Source: Candidatus Latescibacterota bacterium
GTDB lineage: Bacteria > Latescibacterota > UBA2968 > GCA-2709665
Direction: 5' to 3'
DNA: 64,000 bases
Assembly (NCBI GenBank): GCA_965208835.1
Contig: OZ242358.1
Span: 3,232,001-3,296,000, forward strand
Shown here: positions 38,522 to 47,711 of the stretch, one piece after another
Layout of the letters: each line of letters starts with the position of its first letter
Position numbering within the stretch: the stretch's first letter is position 1
The notes under the pieces: generated by a model
What the model was told of the DNA's origin: nothing
Seen by the model: the letters and a program-made list of their open reading frames with translations, nothing else
Databases searched by the model: none
Position numbers and translations under genes: made by a program

Positions 38522-39949
38522 TCAACGTTCGTTCCGGGTACAGGGGTCGATGCCTGCGGCAAACTCCCGCAGCACGTCCACCGCCATTTGCACGTCTTCT
38601 CTACGACAGTCGAACTGCCCCACCTGGAAGCGAATGACGAACCGTCCCTCATGGATCGTATGCGTCAGGTAGATCCGGCCGTCGTCATTCACCGCGCGGA
38701 GCAGTCGTACGGTGGCGTCATTGGCATCTTCGCCGTCCGGCGCGTACTGGAACGTGAAGAGCGAAAGGCGGCAGTCCGTCGTCAGTCGAAATCCGTCCAG
38801 CGATGCGATCGCCGCGGCGGCCTCCTCGGACCACGCGATATGGTCCCGGATGCGCTGGCGGAGGTCTTCAAGCCCGTGGGCGCGCAACAGGAACCAGAGC
38901 TTGAGCGCCCGGAAACGACGCCCCAGCGGAATGGTCCACTCACTGTAATTGGTGATTTCCGACTGACCGAGCGTTTCGAGGTATTCAGGGCGGATCCCCA
39001 GGGTGCGGACCTGGGGTTCCGGGTCGGCGAGAAACTGGATTGAGCAGTCGAACTGCGCGCCGAGCCATTTATGGGGATTGAAGACGATGCTGTCAGCCTT
39101 CTCGACGCCCTCCCACAATCCTCGCAACTCGGGGCAGATCATCGCGGAACCGGCCCACGCGGCATCCACGTGAACGTAGAGACCGAACTCGCGAGCGACT
39201 TCGATGGCCGGGCGCAAGCGGTCGGACGCGCCGACCGACGTGCCGCCGACACAGAGGACGACACCGGCGGGCAGGAATCCCGCCTCGAGGTCGTCAGCGA
39301 TCGCCGTACGGAGCGCCGAGGGGTCGAGCGCGCCGGATCCGTCGGTCGTGACTTTGACCAGGTTCCGCTGGCCGATCCCCGCGACCCGGATGGATTTGTC
39401 GATTGACGAATGGGTCTCCGGCGAGGCATAGAACCTGAGCTGTTTCTCACCCGTTATTCCGGAGTCGATCCCCCGCCAGTTCAGCGCGCGTTCGCGCATC
39501 GTCAGAACGGCGCAGAGATTGGCCGCCGTCGCGGTATCCTGGATGACGCCCTGGAACCCTTTCGGGAGCCCGAGCGCCTGGCGCATCCAGTCCACCATCC
39601 GCGTCTCGATTTCCGTGGCCGCGGGCGAGGTCTGCCAGAGCATGCACTGGGCCGCCATAACCGCCGTCAGATTCTCGGCAATCATCGAAGCCGGTGCGGC
39701 GCTGGCAGGGAAATAAGCGAAAAAGCGAGGGTGCTGCCAGTGCGTCATCCCGCCGGGCACGATGCGCTCGAAGTCGCCGAAGATCGTCTCCAGGTCTTCC
39801 GGAAATTCGGGCGGCGCCTCGGGCAGCATCGCGGCGATTTCGCCCGGCGAAGTCTGTGCTCGAACGGGCCGATCCTCGAGCGTATCCAGGTACTCAGCGC
39901 CCCACCGCGCCGCACGCTCCGCCCATTGATAATAGTCTTCTCTCTTCAT
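38522..39949 (-). CDS. PLP-dependent aromatic-L-amino-acid decarboxylase family (group II)
   Basis: THWQHPRFFAYFP, SPAATEIE, HVDAAWAG, NPHKW (PLP lysine), LGRRFRALKLWF. Confidence 0.93.
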   Translation of the reverse strand: MKREDYYQWAERAARWGAEYLDTLEDRPVRAQTSPGEIAAMLPEAPPEFPEDLETIFGDFERIVPGGMTHWQHPRFFAYFPASAAPASMIAENLTAVMAAQCMLWQTSPAATEIETRMVDWMRQALGLPKGFQGVIQDTATAANLCAVLTMRERALNWRGIDSGITGEKQLRFYASPETHSSIDKSIRVAGIGQRNLVKVTTDGSGALDPSALRTAIADDLEAGFLPAGVVLCVGGTSVGASDRLRPAIEVAREFGLYVHVDAAWAGSAMICPELRGLWEGVEKADSIVFNPHKWLGAQFDCSIQFLADPEPQVRTLGIRPEYLETLGQSEITNYSEWTIPLGRRFRALKLWFLLRAHGLEDLRQRIRDHIAWSEEAAAAIASLDGFRLTTDCRLSLFTFQYAPDGEDANDATVRLLRAVNDDGRIYLTHTIHEGRFVIRFQVGQFDCRREDVQMAVDVLREFAAGIDPCTRNER

Positions 39950-40120
39950 AGCTCTCAATATAACACAATCGCTTCAAAACAACGATTATTCGTAGTTCCA
40001 ACTGCAAAATCTGACTCAGACCTTGACAGTAAGACTTCAACGAAAATGCGTACATGTTTAATCATGCTGCTTGCATACGGAATGGTGTTGGAATCCCCCC
40101 ACCGCATCAGCCGTCGCCGA

Positions 40121-40632
40121 CCCTTCGACACGCTCAGGGCAGGTTCAGGGACTGGCACTGGGCAGGCTATAGGCCTCCCAACTGCGGTTTAGTGAACCAA
40201 ATAACGCGTGGTCATTGAGCTTGTCGAAATGCCCGCTATTCAACTGCCCTTCGACCCTTCGCCGGGCCCTTCGACAAGCTCAGGGACCGGAGACTTGCTT
40301 CAACAAGCGTTGTGCAAGCAAGGCAAGTTCTCAGGGGACGGCTCGGCTTCTGCGACTCCCCCTCAAGGGGGGAGTGATTGGTCCATCAAGCCGGCGCGAG
40401 CGTTCCCGGCCATCGATTTGGTTTCGGCTAAGCAATGCGACGCCACACCAGGGCATAACGCTTGAAACAGCGACCGCGTTTATGTAGCTTGATACCAGAC
40501 CGGTTTCGCTTTTTCTGATGTGGCCCGGGGGAAGATGTTCGCCTTTCGCGGTCGTCCACATAATGGCACGGTCGTCACCTGATTCGGTTTCTGTTTTAAG
40601 CTGATTGCTGACGGCTGATAGCTGACAGCTAA
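40121..40632. repeat. Cluster of several REP-like and heptamer repeats
   Basis: CCCTTCGACAxGCTCAGGG twice, GTCATTGAGCTTGTCGAAATG, ACTCCCCCTCAAGGGGGGAGT, and GCTGAyxG heptamer run. Confidence 0.65.
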
Positions 40633-40668
40633 TCACTTCGTGCCACATTCTATCGATTGGACCATTCC

Positions 40669-41943
40669 ATGGACACGCTTCCGTTACCCGCCCGTCCCAA
40701 TCATGCAGATTACTTGAAGCTGGCGGAGGAACTCGTCGAGGCCGCCCGGTCGGAGAATGCCAACGCCTTACAGGAGTGGTGCGGCGGGTGGCTCGAGTCG
40801 ATCGTCCGAAGCTCCGGACCGGACCTGACGGACTTTGTGCGGGGAAGTTGGGAACGGGCGATAGGCGAAGTCGAAAAAGGCGCCCGCGAGACGTCGGAGA
40901 CGGCCAAGGAAGGTGGCGCCGGGTTTGAACTGGCCGATGCGCTGGCTCTTGTTGCGCATGCCCACAGCTTTGGGGATTGGGATGCTTTCGCCAGGTTTGT
41001 CGACGAGGACACGCGTCAGACGCCGGAGGGGGCCGAGTTCGAGGTCGCGGCCGACGCCGTGGTCGACGGGGACCTCGCCAGGCTCAAGGCGCTCCTGCGG
41101 CGCAATCCGGCTTTAGCCCACGCCAGATCGGCGCGCATTCACCACACGACGCTGCTGTATTACCTCGCCGCCAACGGCATCGAGGACTTTCGCCAGCGGT
41201 CGCCCGCCAATGCGCCCGAAATCGCGCGGCTATTGCTGGATGCCGGCGCGGAGGTGGACGCCCTGTGCGGGCTGGGCAATTCGGATGACACGCCGATGTT
41301 GGCGCTCGTAACCAGCGTACATCCGCACTATATGGGTGTGGCGACCGACCTGATTGAGATATTCGTGGAGGCGGGTTCGAAAGTGGATGGCCTCAACGGG
41401 GACGGGGCGCCGGTACGTCTTGCCCTAAAATTCGGATATCCCGAATCGGCAGCGGCACTGGTGCGCCTGGGGGCGGAGGTAAAAACTGTCGCGATGGCCG
41501 CGGGACTGGGCCGGTTGGATCTGACGAAGGAATTCGTCGAGGAACGCGGCGCATCCGAGGCGGATCTGGCGGCCGCGTTTGAAGATGCCTGCCGGTTCGG
41601 CCGGACGGATATTGCCGAATACCTGCTGGCAAACGGCGTCGACGTGGACGGTCAGGGCACGTGGAATATGACGGGCCTGATGTGGGCTGCTTCCCAGGGA
41701 CATCTCGACACCATGGCCCTGATCCTCGATCGCGGCCCATCGCTCGAATTGCGGAACGAGTTCGGTGGCACCGCATTGGGCACGACCCTGCATTTCGCGA
41801 TTAACTCGCCGGGACCCGGGGCTGACTATCCGGCCGTGATCGACATGCTGCTGAACGCTGGATTGAAGTTCGAGGGAACCAGGAAGGGAACGGGGCTAGA
41901 CGATATCGACGCCGTGCTTCGCAGACACGGCAAGGTCGATTAG
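40669..41943 (+). CDS. Ankyrin repeat protein
   Basis: Repeated GD/LLDAGAEVD, TGLMWAASQGHLD, GGTALG ankyrin-type units. Confidence 0.88.
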   Translation: MDTLPLPARPNHADYLKLAEELVEAARSENANALQEWCGGWLESIVRSSGPDLTDFVRGSWERAIGEVEKGARETSETAKEGGAGFELADALALVAHAHSFGDWDAFARFVDEDTRQTPEGAEFEVAADAVVDGDLARLKALLRRNPALAHARSARIHHTTLLYYLAANGIEDFRQRSPANAPEIARLLLDAGAEVDALCGLGNSDDTPMLALVTSVHPHYMGVATDLIEIFVEAGSKVDGLNGDGAPVRLALKFGYPESAAALVRLGAEVKTVAMAAGLGRLDLTKEFVEERGASEADLAAAFEDACRFGRTDIAEYLLANGVDVDGQGTWNMTGLMWAASQGHLDTMALILDRGPSLELRNEFGGTALGTTLHFAINSPGPGADYPAVIDMLLNAGLKFEGTRKGTGLDDIDAVLRRHGKVD

Positions 41944-41981
41944 AGCGGTAATCGTCTCAGCGGCAAAACAGGAAGGAAATC

Positions 41982-42012
41982 AAGGCGCTGCCATCACGGC
42001 TGCGCCTTTTTT
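41982..42012 (+). terminator. Rho-independent terminator
   Basis: AAGGCGCTGCC / GGCTGCGCCTT stem (one mismatch) followed by T run. Confidence 0.7.
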
Positions 42013-42030
42013 ACATTGCGAACGATTTGC

Positions 42031-42059
42031 TTGACAACACGCACGTAATACTTTATGCT
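42031..42059 (+). promoter_or_regulatory. Sigma-70 promoter of the four-gene ATPase/helicase operon
   Basis: TTGACA-N17-TATGCT. Confidence 0.75.
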
Positions 42060-42197
42060 GAATGAAACAGCCACCACGGGGCAACTTCGGCTACATTCAT
42101 CACATAGGAACAGGAACATGCTCCCGTGACGGCCGTGTTCGCACCGTCATTAATCACTCCGCTGATTCGTCAGATCTTCCGAAAACAGGAAAAATAC

Positions 42198-42998
42198 ATG
42201 GACAGCATCGGACAAGCATTTGAAGACACCGAGAACGCAGCTGAATCAGCACGCCAATCCGCTACCAAACTCGTGAATTTGACCAGACGCCTGCAAAAGG
42301 CCGCCAAGGAGGGCAACGTAGGCGCAATCAAAAAGGCACGAGTCGGACTCAATCTTGCGATTGAGAACCTGACGCAAGTGGTGACGGACGCTATCCAGTC
42401 GTGGCCCTATGGAGATGATGAGGTAGCCGAATACCTCAAGGGCGGCTATACGCACGAGTTGCGTCGTGTCGCGTTAGAAAGAGGTCTGGAAATCCATTTG
42501 CGGGACGGACAGTTGATCTCACACCCATCCATCGTGCGGATTTCGCCTGAGGATGAGGCGGTCCGTATTGACAACAAGAAAATCTCGACGATAAAGCCTT
42601 CCTACCTGGCCGATCTGCTGGCCGCGAACCAGAAGAAGGGCAGTCGCTTCTCGGCTAAACGGTTTTTGGAAGCCCTGCACAGGGTTTACCTTGAGCTTGT
42701 GAAGGAAGATGCTTCGGATGGACTCATGAAGGGTGGTTCAGGGCGTGTGGTACTCTTGGCAAGAATCTACAGGTTATTCACGTCTCTGCCCGGTAGCGGG
42801 CGAGATTATGCACAAATTGACTTTGCCCGGGACCTTTACCAGTTGGAGACAAGTGGAATTACAGAAACGACGTCAGGCGCCAGAGTATTTTTCCACGCGT
42901 CCACGGGCACCCGGGGCGGCAGAAACGTATTCACCTTTGTGGGTCCACAGGGCCAGGACATCAAGTACTTCGGGATTCGATTTACGAAGGATGACTGA
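42198..42998 (+). CDS. Hypothetical protein (N-terminal coiled coil; first gene of candidate defence operon)
   Basis: AGGA before ATG 42198; stop overlaps next start (TGATG). Confidence 0.8.
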   Translation: MDSIGQAFEDTENAAESARQSATKLVNLTRRLQKAAKEGNVGAIKKARVGLNLAIENLTQVVTDAIQSWPYGDDEVAEYLKGGYTHELRRVALERGLEIHLRDGQLISHPSIVRISPEDEAVRIDNKKISTIKPSYLADLLAANQKKGSRFSAKRFLEALHRVYLELVKEDASDGLMKGGSGRVVLLARIYRLFTSLPGSGRDYAQIDFARDLYQLETSGITETTSGARVFFHASTGTRGGRNVFTFVGPQGQDIKYFGIRFTKDD

Positions 42999-43966
42999 TG
43001 CAAAACACAATCTCCATCTCTCTCAAGGACTGGCTTCAAGTCATTAACGAAGAGTACCTTTCGTCGTATGTCCGCTTTGGGGGCGCGTCGATCAAGTTCG
43101 TAGTGCCATCAAACGAGGGTTCCGAGGCTGGTTTGTACGAAGAAACGGAGGCCAGCTGCCATGAGCTGGATTACATCTTCATTAGACTGAACGCTGAGGC
43201 GATGCGGGCGCACATGCCGCAGGACTTCTTTTTCAGGTTTGCCAGCCAGGTCGATTGGCGGCTGCTGGCTCGCCGGATGATCCTGAGGCTCGCCGCCGAG
43301 CAGGGCTACCAGATTGACGGAATACGTCCCGACGTGGACGGCAACGTCTTCGACGCCATCGCAACAGCCAATGGTCTCGAATCAGAGTTCGTTCTTGGAA
43401 ACCTCAGGCTGATGATACAGAACCGTGTCTTCAGGAACACCAAGATGGCGAGAGATTTCCGGGTGTGTATGAGCCATCTTTGCATGGAAGAGAACAGCCG
43501 TGGCGGATACATGGGGGAGCCGCTATTGAATTGGCTAACGGGAGAGAACACGCGAATTAGTGGTGTCCGTCCGTTTTCCATCTACACCAGTATCAATCGC
43601 AACACGGCCAGATATTTCATTGAATCGGCCTTCTATTGGATTCATCATGTGGGGCACTCCGGAACGCTAGTGTTGTTTGACAACTCCCGCGTAACAGTAG
43701 CAAGAAATCCGAGAGACGGTCTGCGCTACTACACGAGAGCCATGGCAATGGAACACTACGAGTTACTACGGGAATTTATCGACGGCGCTGACAGGTTGAC
43801 GAGCACGGTACTGCTGGTTGTAACCAACAGCGATTTCCTCGACGACAGTGGCGATCGCGGATCTCGAGGCTATGGGATATATGAGGCCCTGCGCACCCGA
43901 GTGATGGACGACGTTAGAGATAGGAACAGGGTAAATCCGGTCGCATCCCTGGTACGGCTGTCATAG
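42998..43966 (+). CDS. DUF2791/BrxD-like ATPase-fold protein with degenerate Walker motifs
   Basis: EEYLSSYVRFGGASIKFVV, LLNWLTGE, GTLVLFDN, YELLREFID, GIYEALRTRV; no GxxGxGKT. Confidence 0.75.
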   Translation: MQNTISISLKDWLQVINEEYLSSYVRFGGASIKFVVPSNEGSEAGLYEETEASCHELDYIFIRLNAEAMRAHMPQDFFFRFASQVDWRLLARRMILRLAAEQGYQIDGIRPDVDGNVFDAIATANGLESEFVLGNLRLMIQNRVFRNTKMARDFRVCMSHLCMEENSRGGYMGEPLLNWLTGENTRISGVRPFSIYTSINRNTARYFIESAFYWIHHVGHSGTLVLFDNSRVTVARNPRDGLRYYTRAMAMEHYELLREFIDGADRLTSTVLLVVTNSDFLDDSGDRGSRGYGIYEALRTRVMDDVRDRNRVNPVASLVRLS

Positions 43967-43980
43967 GGAGGTGGAAGGCA

Positions 43981-45249
43981 GTGGCGGTTTTAACCGATAA
44001 ACAGAAATTCGCCTCCAGGCGGGCCTTGGAGGCTCTCCGAAACGGCGTGCCTAACAGGGACGCAGTGAAACTATTGGGCTGTAACCAGCCGGAGGCTGAA
44101 GGTCAATTCGAAGGTATGTTGACCGGGGCTACGGAAGGCGTCGACCCTTCGTCCGGCACTTTGGGTATGCTGGTCTCCGGTGATTTCGGTTCCGGCAAGT
44201 CTCACCTGCTTACTCACCTGGAGGATCGGGCCCTTTCGCAGGGTTTCGTCTGTAGCAAGGTGACCATAAGCAAAGAGACGCCGCTATACGACCTGGGTAA
44301 GGTATTTAAGTCGGCAGTGGATAACGCTCAGATGCCTGACCGGACCGGCCGGTTGATGGAGGAACTAGGACAGGCGCTGAAGCCCGATTCACAGGAATAC
44401 GCCGGCTTCTTTAAGTGGTCAAACGACACCGGCTCTAACGGGTTGAGCCAGATGTTCCCGGCCAGCCTGCTTGTTCACGAACGGTCGCACGACCTTGAGC
44501 TGAACAGCGAGATCGAGAACTTCTGGGCGGGCGACAGAATCTACATTTCCCGCGTCAAGAATGGCCTGAGACAGATAGGGCAAAAGCAGAGTTACTCGTT
44601 CCGAGCGCCCAAAGCCGCCGACCTGCCACCCCAGCGTCTCCGTTTCGCCGTCCAGCTGATAAGGGCAGCAGGTTTCAGGGGCTGGGTGGTACTGCTGGAC
44701 GAGATCGAACTCGTGGGTTCGTACTCTCTCCTGCAGCGGGGAAGGTCTTACGCCGAGTTGGCTCGTTGGCTGGGACAGGCGGCCGGCGGGACATATCCTG
44801 GGCTGAGAACCGTGGGTTCCGTCACCGACGATTTTGCTTCCGCAATTATCACGGATGGAAAGAAAGACCGCGACTACGTGGGGCCAAAGATGGATAGTAC
44901 GGAACGTTACCAAAGATTGAAGGCAGACGCCGATATTGGTATGAAGTTGCTCGTACGAGAGTGTTCCCCGCTGAATCAACCAACAGACGTTGACATTCAA
45001 CTGACCATGAAGAATCTAAGGAGACTCTACACCGACGCCTACGGCTGGGATGCTCCACCGGTACCCGTAAGGGCCGGTGGCGCAGGGTATCAGAACCGGA
45101 TGCGCTACAAGGTCCGCGCCGCCATTAACGAATGGGATTTGATGCGGCGCTATCCCGACTACCAACCCAATACGGAGGGCGAGGAGTTTCGACACGACTA
45201 TTCAGAGAACGCCGACCTCGAACGAGAGTCCCGGGACGACACTGATTAG
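43981..45249 (+). CDS. DUF2791/BrxD-like P-loop ATPase
   Basis: ALEALRNGVP, Walker A GDFGSGKSH, ISKETPL, Walker B GWVVLLDEIE; GGAGG RBS. Confidence 0.88.
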   Translation: MAVLTDKQKFASRRALEALRNGVPNRDAVKLLGCNQPEAEGQFEGMLTGATEGVDPSSGTLGMLVSGDFGSGKSHLLTHLEDRALSQGFVCSKVTISKETPLYDLGKVFKSAVDNAQMPDRTGRLMEELGQALKPDSQEYAGFFKWSNDTGSNGLSQMFPASLLVHERSHDLELNSEIENFWAGDRIYISRVKNGLRQIGQKQSYSFRAPKAADLPPQRLRFAVQLIRAAGFRGWVVLLDEIELVGSYSLLQRGRSYAELARWLGQAAGGTYPGLRTVGSVTDDFASAIITDGKKDRDYVGPKMDSTERYQRLKADADIGMKLLVRECSPLNQPTDVDIQLTMKNLRRLYTDAYGWDAPPVPVRAGGAGYQNRMRYKVRAAINEWDLMRRYPDYQPNTEGEEFRHDYSENADLERESRDDTD

Positions 45250-45284
45250 AACGGGACCATTTCTCCTTCCTGGGGTAAACTGAA

Positions 45285-47390
45285 TTGCCGGGTACTTTAA
45301 ATGAACTGAAACCGGTGAAGGCGAAGTCCGTGACGGTGGCATGGCTGCGGTTCCTGGAAGAAAAGGGAGGTACCGGCATACGTGCGGCGCTGTTCCAGAC
45401 ATCGGCGCAAGGTGAACCGATGGATTTCTGCTTCACCCGAAGGGTATGGTCGGGTTCGGTTGGACAACCCACTATCGACAAGCCGGGTTTTATACAATCG
45501 CTGGCAGAATCACTACTCAGAACCGTCACCTTTGTGCCAACGTTGATACTCGTTCGGGCCGATGAAGTACCTCACGGATCAATCAATGAAGAAATAAAGG
45601 TACCGTTTTGCCGAATTGCAGTTTCCAGTGTTCGACACAATCGCGAATCGGACGACACACATAATGGTCATCATCCGGATTGGGTTACGGAAAAACCCGA
45701 TCCAGATGCCGAAGCGAGCCAACTTCTCTTAGAGATACTGGATCGGGGCAATCCCACCGAACCATTCGAACGGGCGACTGCAGCATTGGACGTCGCCTTT
45801 GGCGACGATCGGATTCGTGCTGTCACCGACCTTTCAAGTCTGTCCGTTGTAGTGAGCTTGTCTCCACTCCCGGAACGCCCCGGATTTCCGGGCAGCGATT
45901 ACTCGGCAACTCGTGAGAATACCCACAGACCAAGTCCAAGCCCACCAACCGACGTCGTTCTGGCCAAACGTCTGTGGTCTGTTCTGGCCAACCCACCCGA
46001 TCATTCCCAAACGATCCCGTTGCATTGGGCTGGAGATTTGATGCCCTTCCAGCAGCAGGGTGTCCAGGCATTGCTGGAAAACCGCCGGCTATTGTTGGCC
46101 GACGACATGGGATTGGGTAAAACCGTACAGGCAATCACAGCCTTACGGATTCTCCGGGCACGTCGAGAATTCAAATCGTGTTTGATAACGGCTCCCGCAA
46201 GCGTGCTAAATCAGTGGCGACGCGAACTCGAAAAATGGGCGCCTGAGCTTTCCGCGATCATCATCCGTGGTTCGGTATCGGACCGCAGGTGGCAGTGGAG
46301 TGCCGATAAAGAGATAACACTCGTGAGTTACGATACCCTTAGGTCCGACTTCAGCACCCAATCTCTGGTCGGTCGCAAGAACTGGGACGTGGTCGTAGCG
46401 GACGAGGCTCAGAGGATCAAAAACCGCAACGATACGAGCGATGCCCTTAAGAGGTTGAAAAGAAATCGCTCCTGGGCTCTGACCGGTACCCCTATGGAAA
46501 ATCGCGAGGAGGAGTTGGCTTCGATACTGGAGTTTGTTGATTATGACTCCACCGGAGTGACAAAACGGTACCGTCCAGGTGTGGAATTGCAGAGACGTCA
46601 CCGTGAGTTGCAGGTTCGACGCAAGAAAACGGAGGTTTTAAGGGATCTTCCTGTAAAGCAAATCACGAAGGTCGACATTGAGTTGGGCTCTCGCCAACGC
46701 GAGAGCTACGATAAGGCCGAACAGGAAGGCATCGTCTACCTGAAGTCTCTTGGCGCGGAAGTCAACGTGCGGCACGTGCTTGAGCTTATCACTCGATTGA
46801 AACAAATCTGCAACGCCGACCCCAAAACCGGTGAATCCAGCAAATTGGCAGACATCACGGACCGCGTGGACCAACTTGCAGCACAGGGACACAAGGCGCT
46901 AATCTTCTCGCAGTACGTGAGTGAGACATCCGGCGTGGGAGCCGTGGCCAACCACATGCGGGATTTCGTTCCGCTTACCATCACTGGAGACTTGCCTCTC
47001 CAGGAGCGGGCCGAGATCATCGAAAGATTCAAAACCAGCAGCGAACACAAAGTGTTGGTGCTGTCGTTGCGGGCAGGCGGTCTTGGATTGAACTTGCAGG
47101 AGGCGTCCTATGTAATTCACCTGGACCGTTGGTGGAACCCCGCCGTCGAAAGTCAAGCCGAAGACCGAAGCCACCGCGTCGGCCAGACGGTCAAAGTCAA
47201 CGTCATCAAGTATTCCTGCGTTGGTACCATTGAGGAGCGCATTGACGACATTCTTGAGAACAAACGGGAACTGTTTAACCAACTCATCGACGATGTGTCG
47301 ATGGATCTGTCCACCCAGCTGAACAGTGAAGAACTTTTCGGGCTGTTCGGACTAGAACGGCCGCTCGTCGCGGATCGAAGGGATTGTTAA
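45285..47390 (+). CDS. SNF2-family helicase/ATPase with additional N-terminal domain
   Basis: LADDMGLGKT, DEAQRIKN, ALTGTPMEN, LIFSQY, AGGLGLNLQEA, WWNPAVESQAEDRSHRVGQ; start uncertain. Confidence 0.95.
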   Translation: MPGTLNELKPVKAKSVTVAWLRFLEEKGGTGIRAALFQTSAQGEPMDFCFTRRVWSGSVGQPTIDKPGFIQSLAESLLRTVTFVPTLILVRADEVPHGSINEEIKVPFCRIAVSSVRHNRESDDTHNGHHPDWVTEKPDPDAEASQLLLEILDRGNPTEPFERATAALDVAFGDDRIRAVTDLSSLSVVVSLSPLPERPGFPGSDYSATRENTHRPSPSPPTDVVLAKRLWSVLANPPDHSQTIPLHWAGDLMPFQQQGVQALLENRRLLLADDMGLGKTVQAITALRILRARREFKSCLITAPASVLNQWRRELEKWAPELSAIIIRGSVSDRRWQWSADKEITLVSYDTLRSDFSTQSLVGRKNWDVVVADEAQRIKNRNDTSDALKRLKRNRSWALTGTPMENREEELASILEFVDYDSTGVTKRYRPGVELQRRHRELQVRRKKTEVLRDLPVKQITKVDIELGSRQRESYDKAEQEGIVYLKSLGAEVNVRHVLELITRLKQICNADPKTGESSKLADITDRVDQLAAQGHKALIFSQYVSETSGVGAVANHMRDFVPLTITGDLPLQERAEIIERFKTSSEHKVLVLSLRAGGLGLNLQEASYVIHLDRWWNPAVESQAEDRSHRVGQTVKVNVIKYSCVGTIEERIDDILENKRELFNQLIDDVSMDLSTQLNSEELFGLFGLERPLVADRRDC

Positions 47391-47711
47391 CCAGACGGAT
47401 GCACGCTTGAATAGCCTCGACCAAGGTTAGCGCGATAAATTGTCGTAGATTCGGTGGCTTTTGGGAATCCAGATTACATGCATGATCACGGTTGGCACGT
47501 TCATTTTGATCAAAACTCTGAACGAGCTTGGATAGCCCTTACGACAGCTTTCCGATTCTGCCAGCATAGACCCGCGACAATAAAGAAGCCTGCTCCGCAG
47601 GCTCAGGGCGATGCCAAGGAAACGCTTACGACCAGCTCAGGTCGACGCCCGGTGAGCCCTTGGATCGACGCAATTTGTCTTTACACGATGTGCGAAATCC
47701 ACGCTATCGAA

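Noticed and set aside
42198-47390. Canonical BREX or Shango system
   Set aside because: No PglZ, PglX, BrxC/PglY, TerB-like or Lhr-type helicase gene in the locus.
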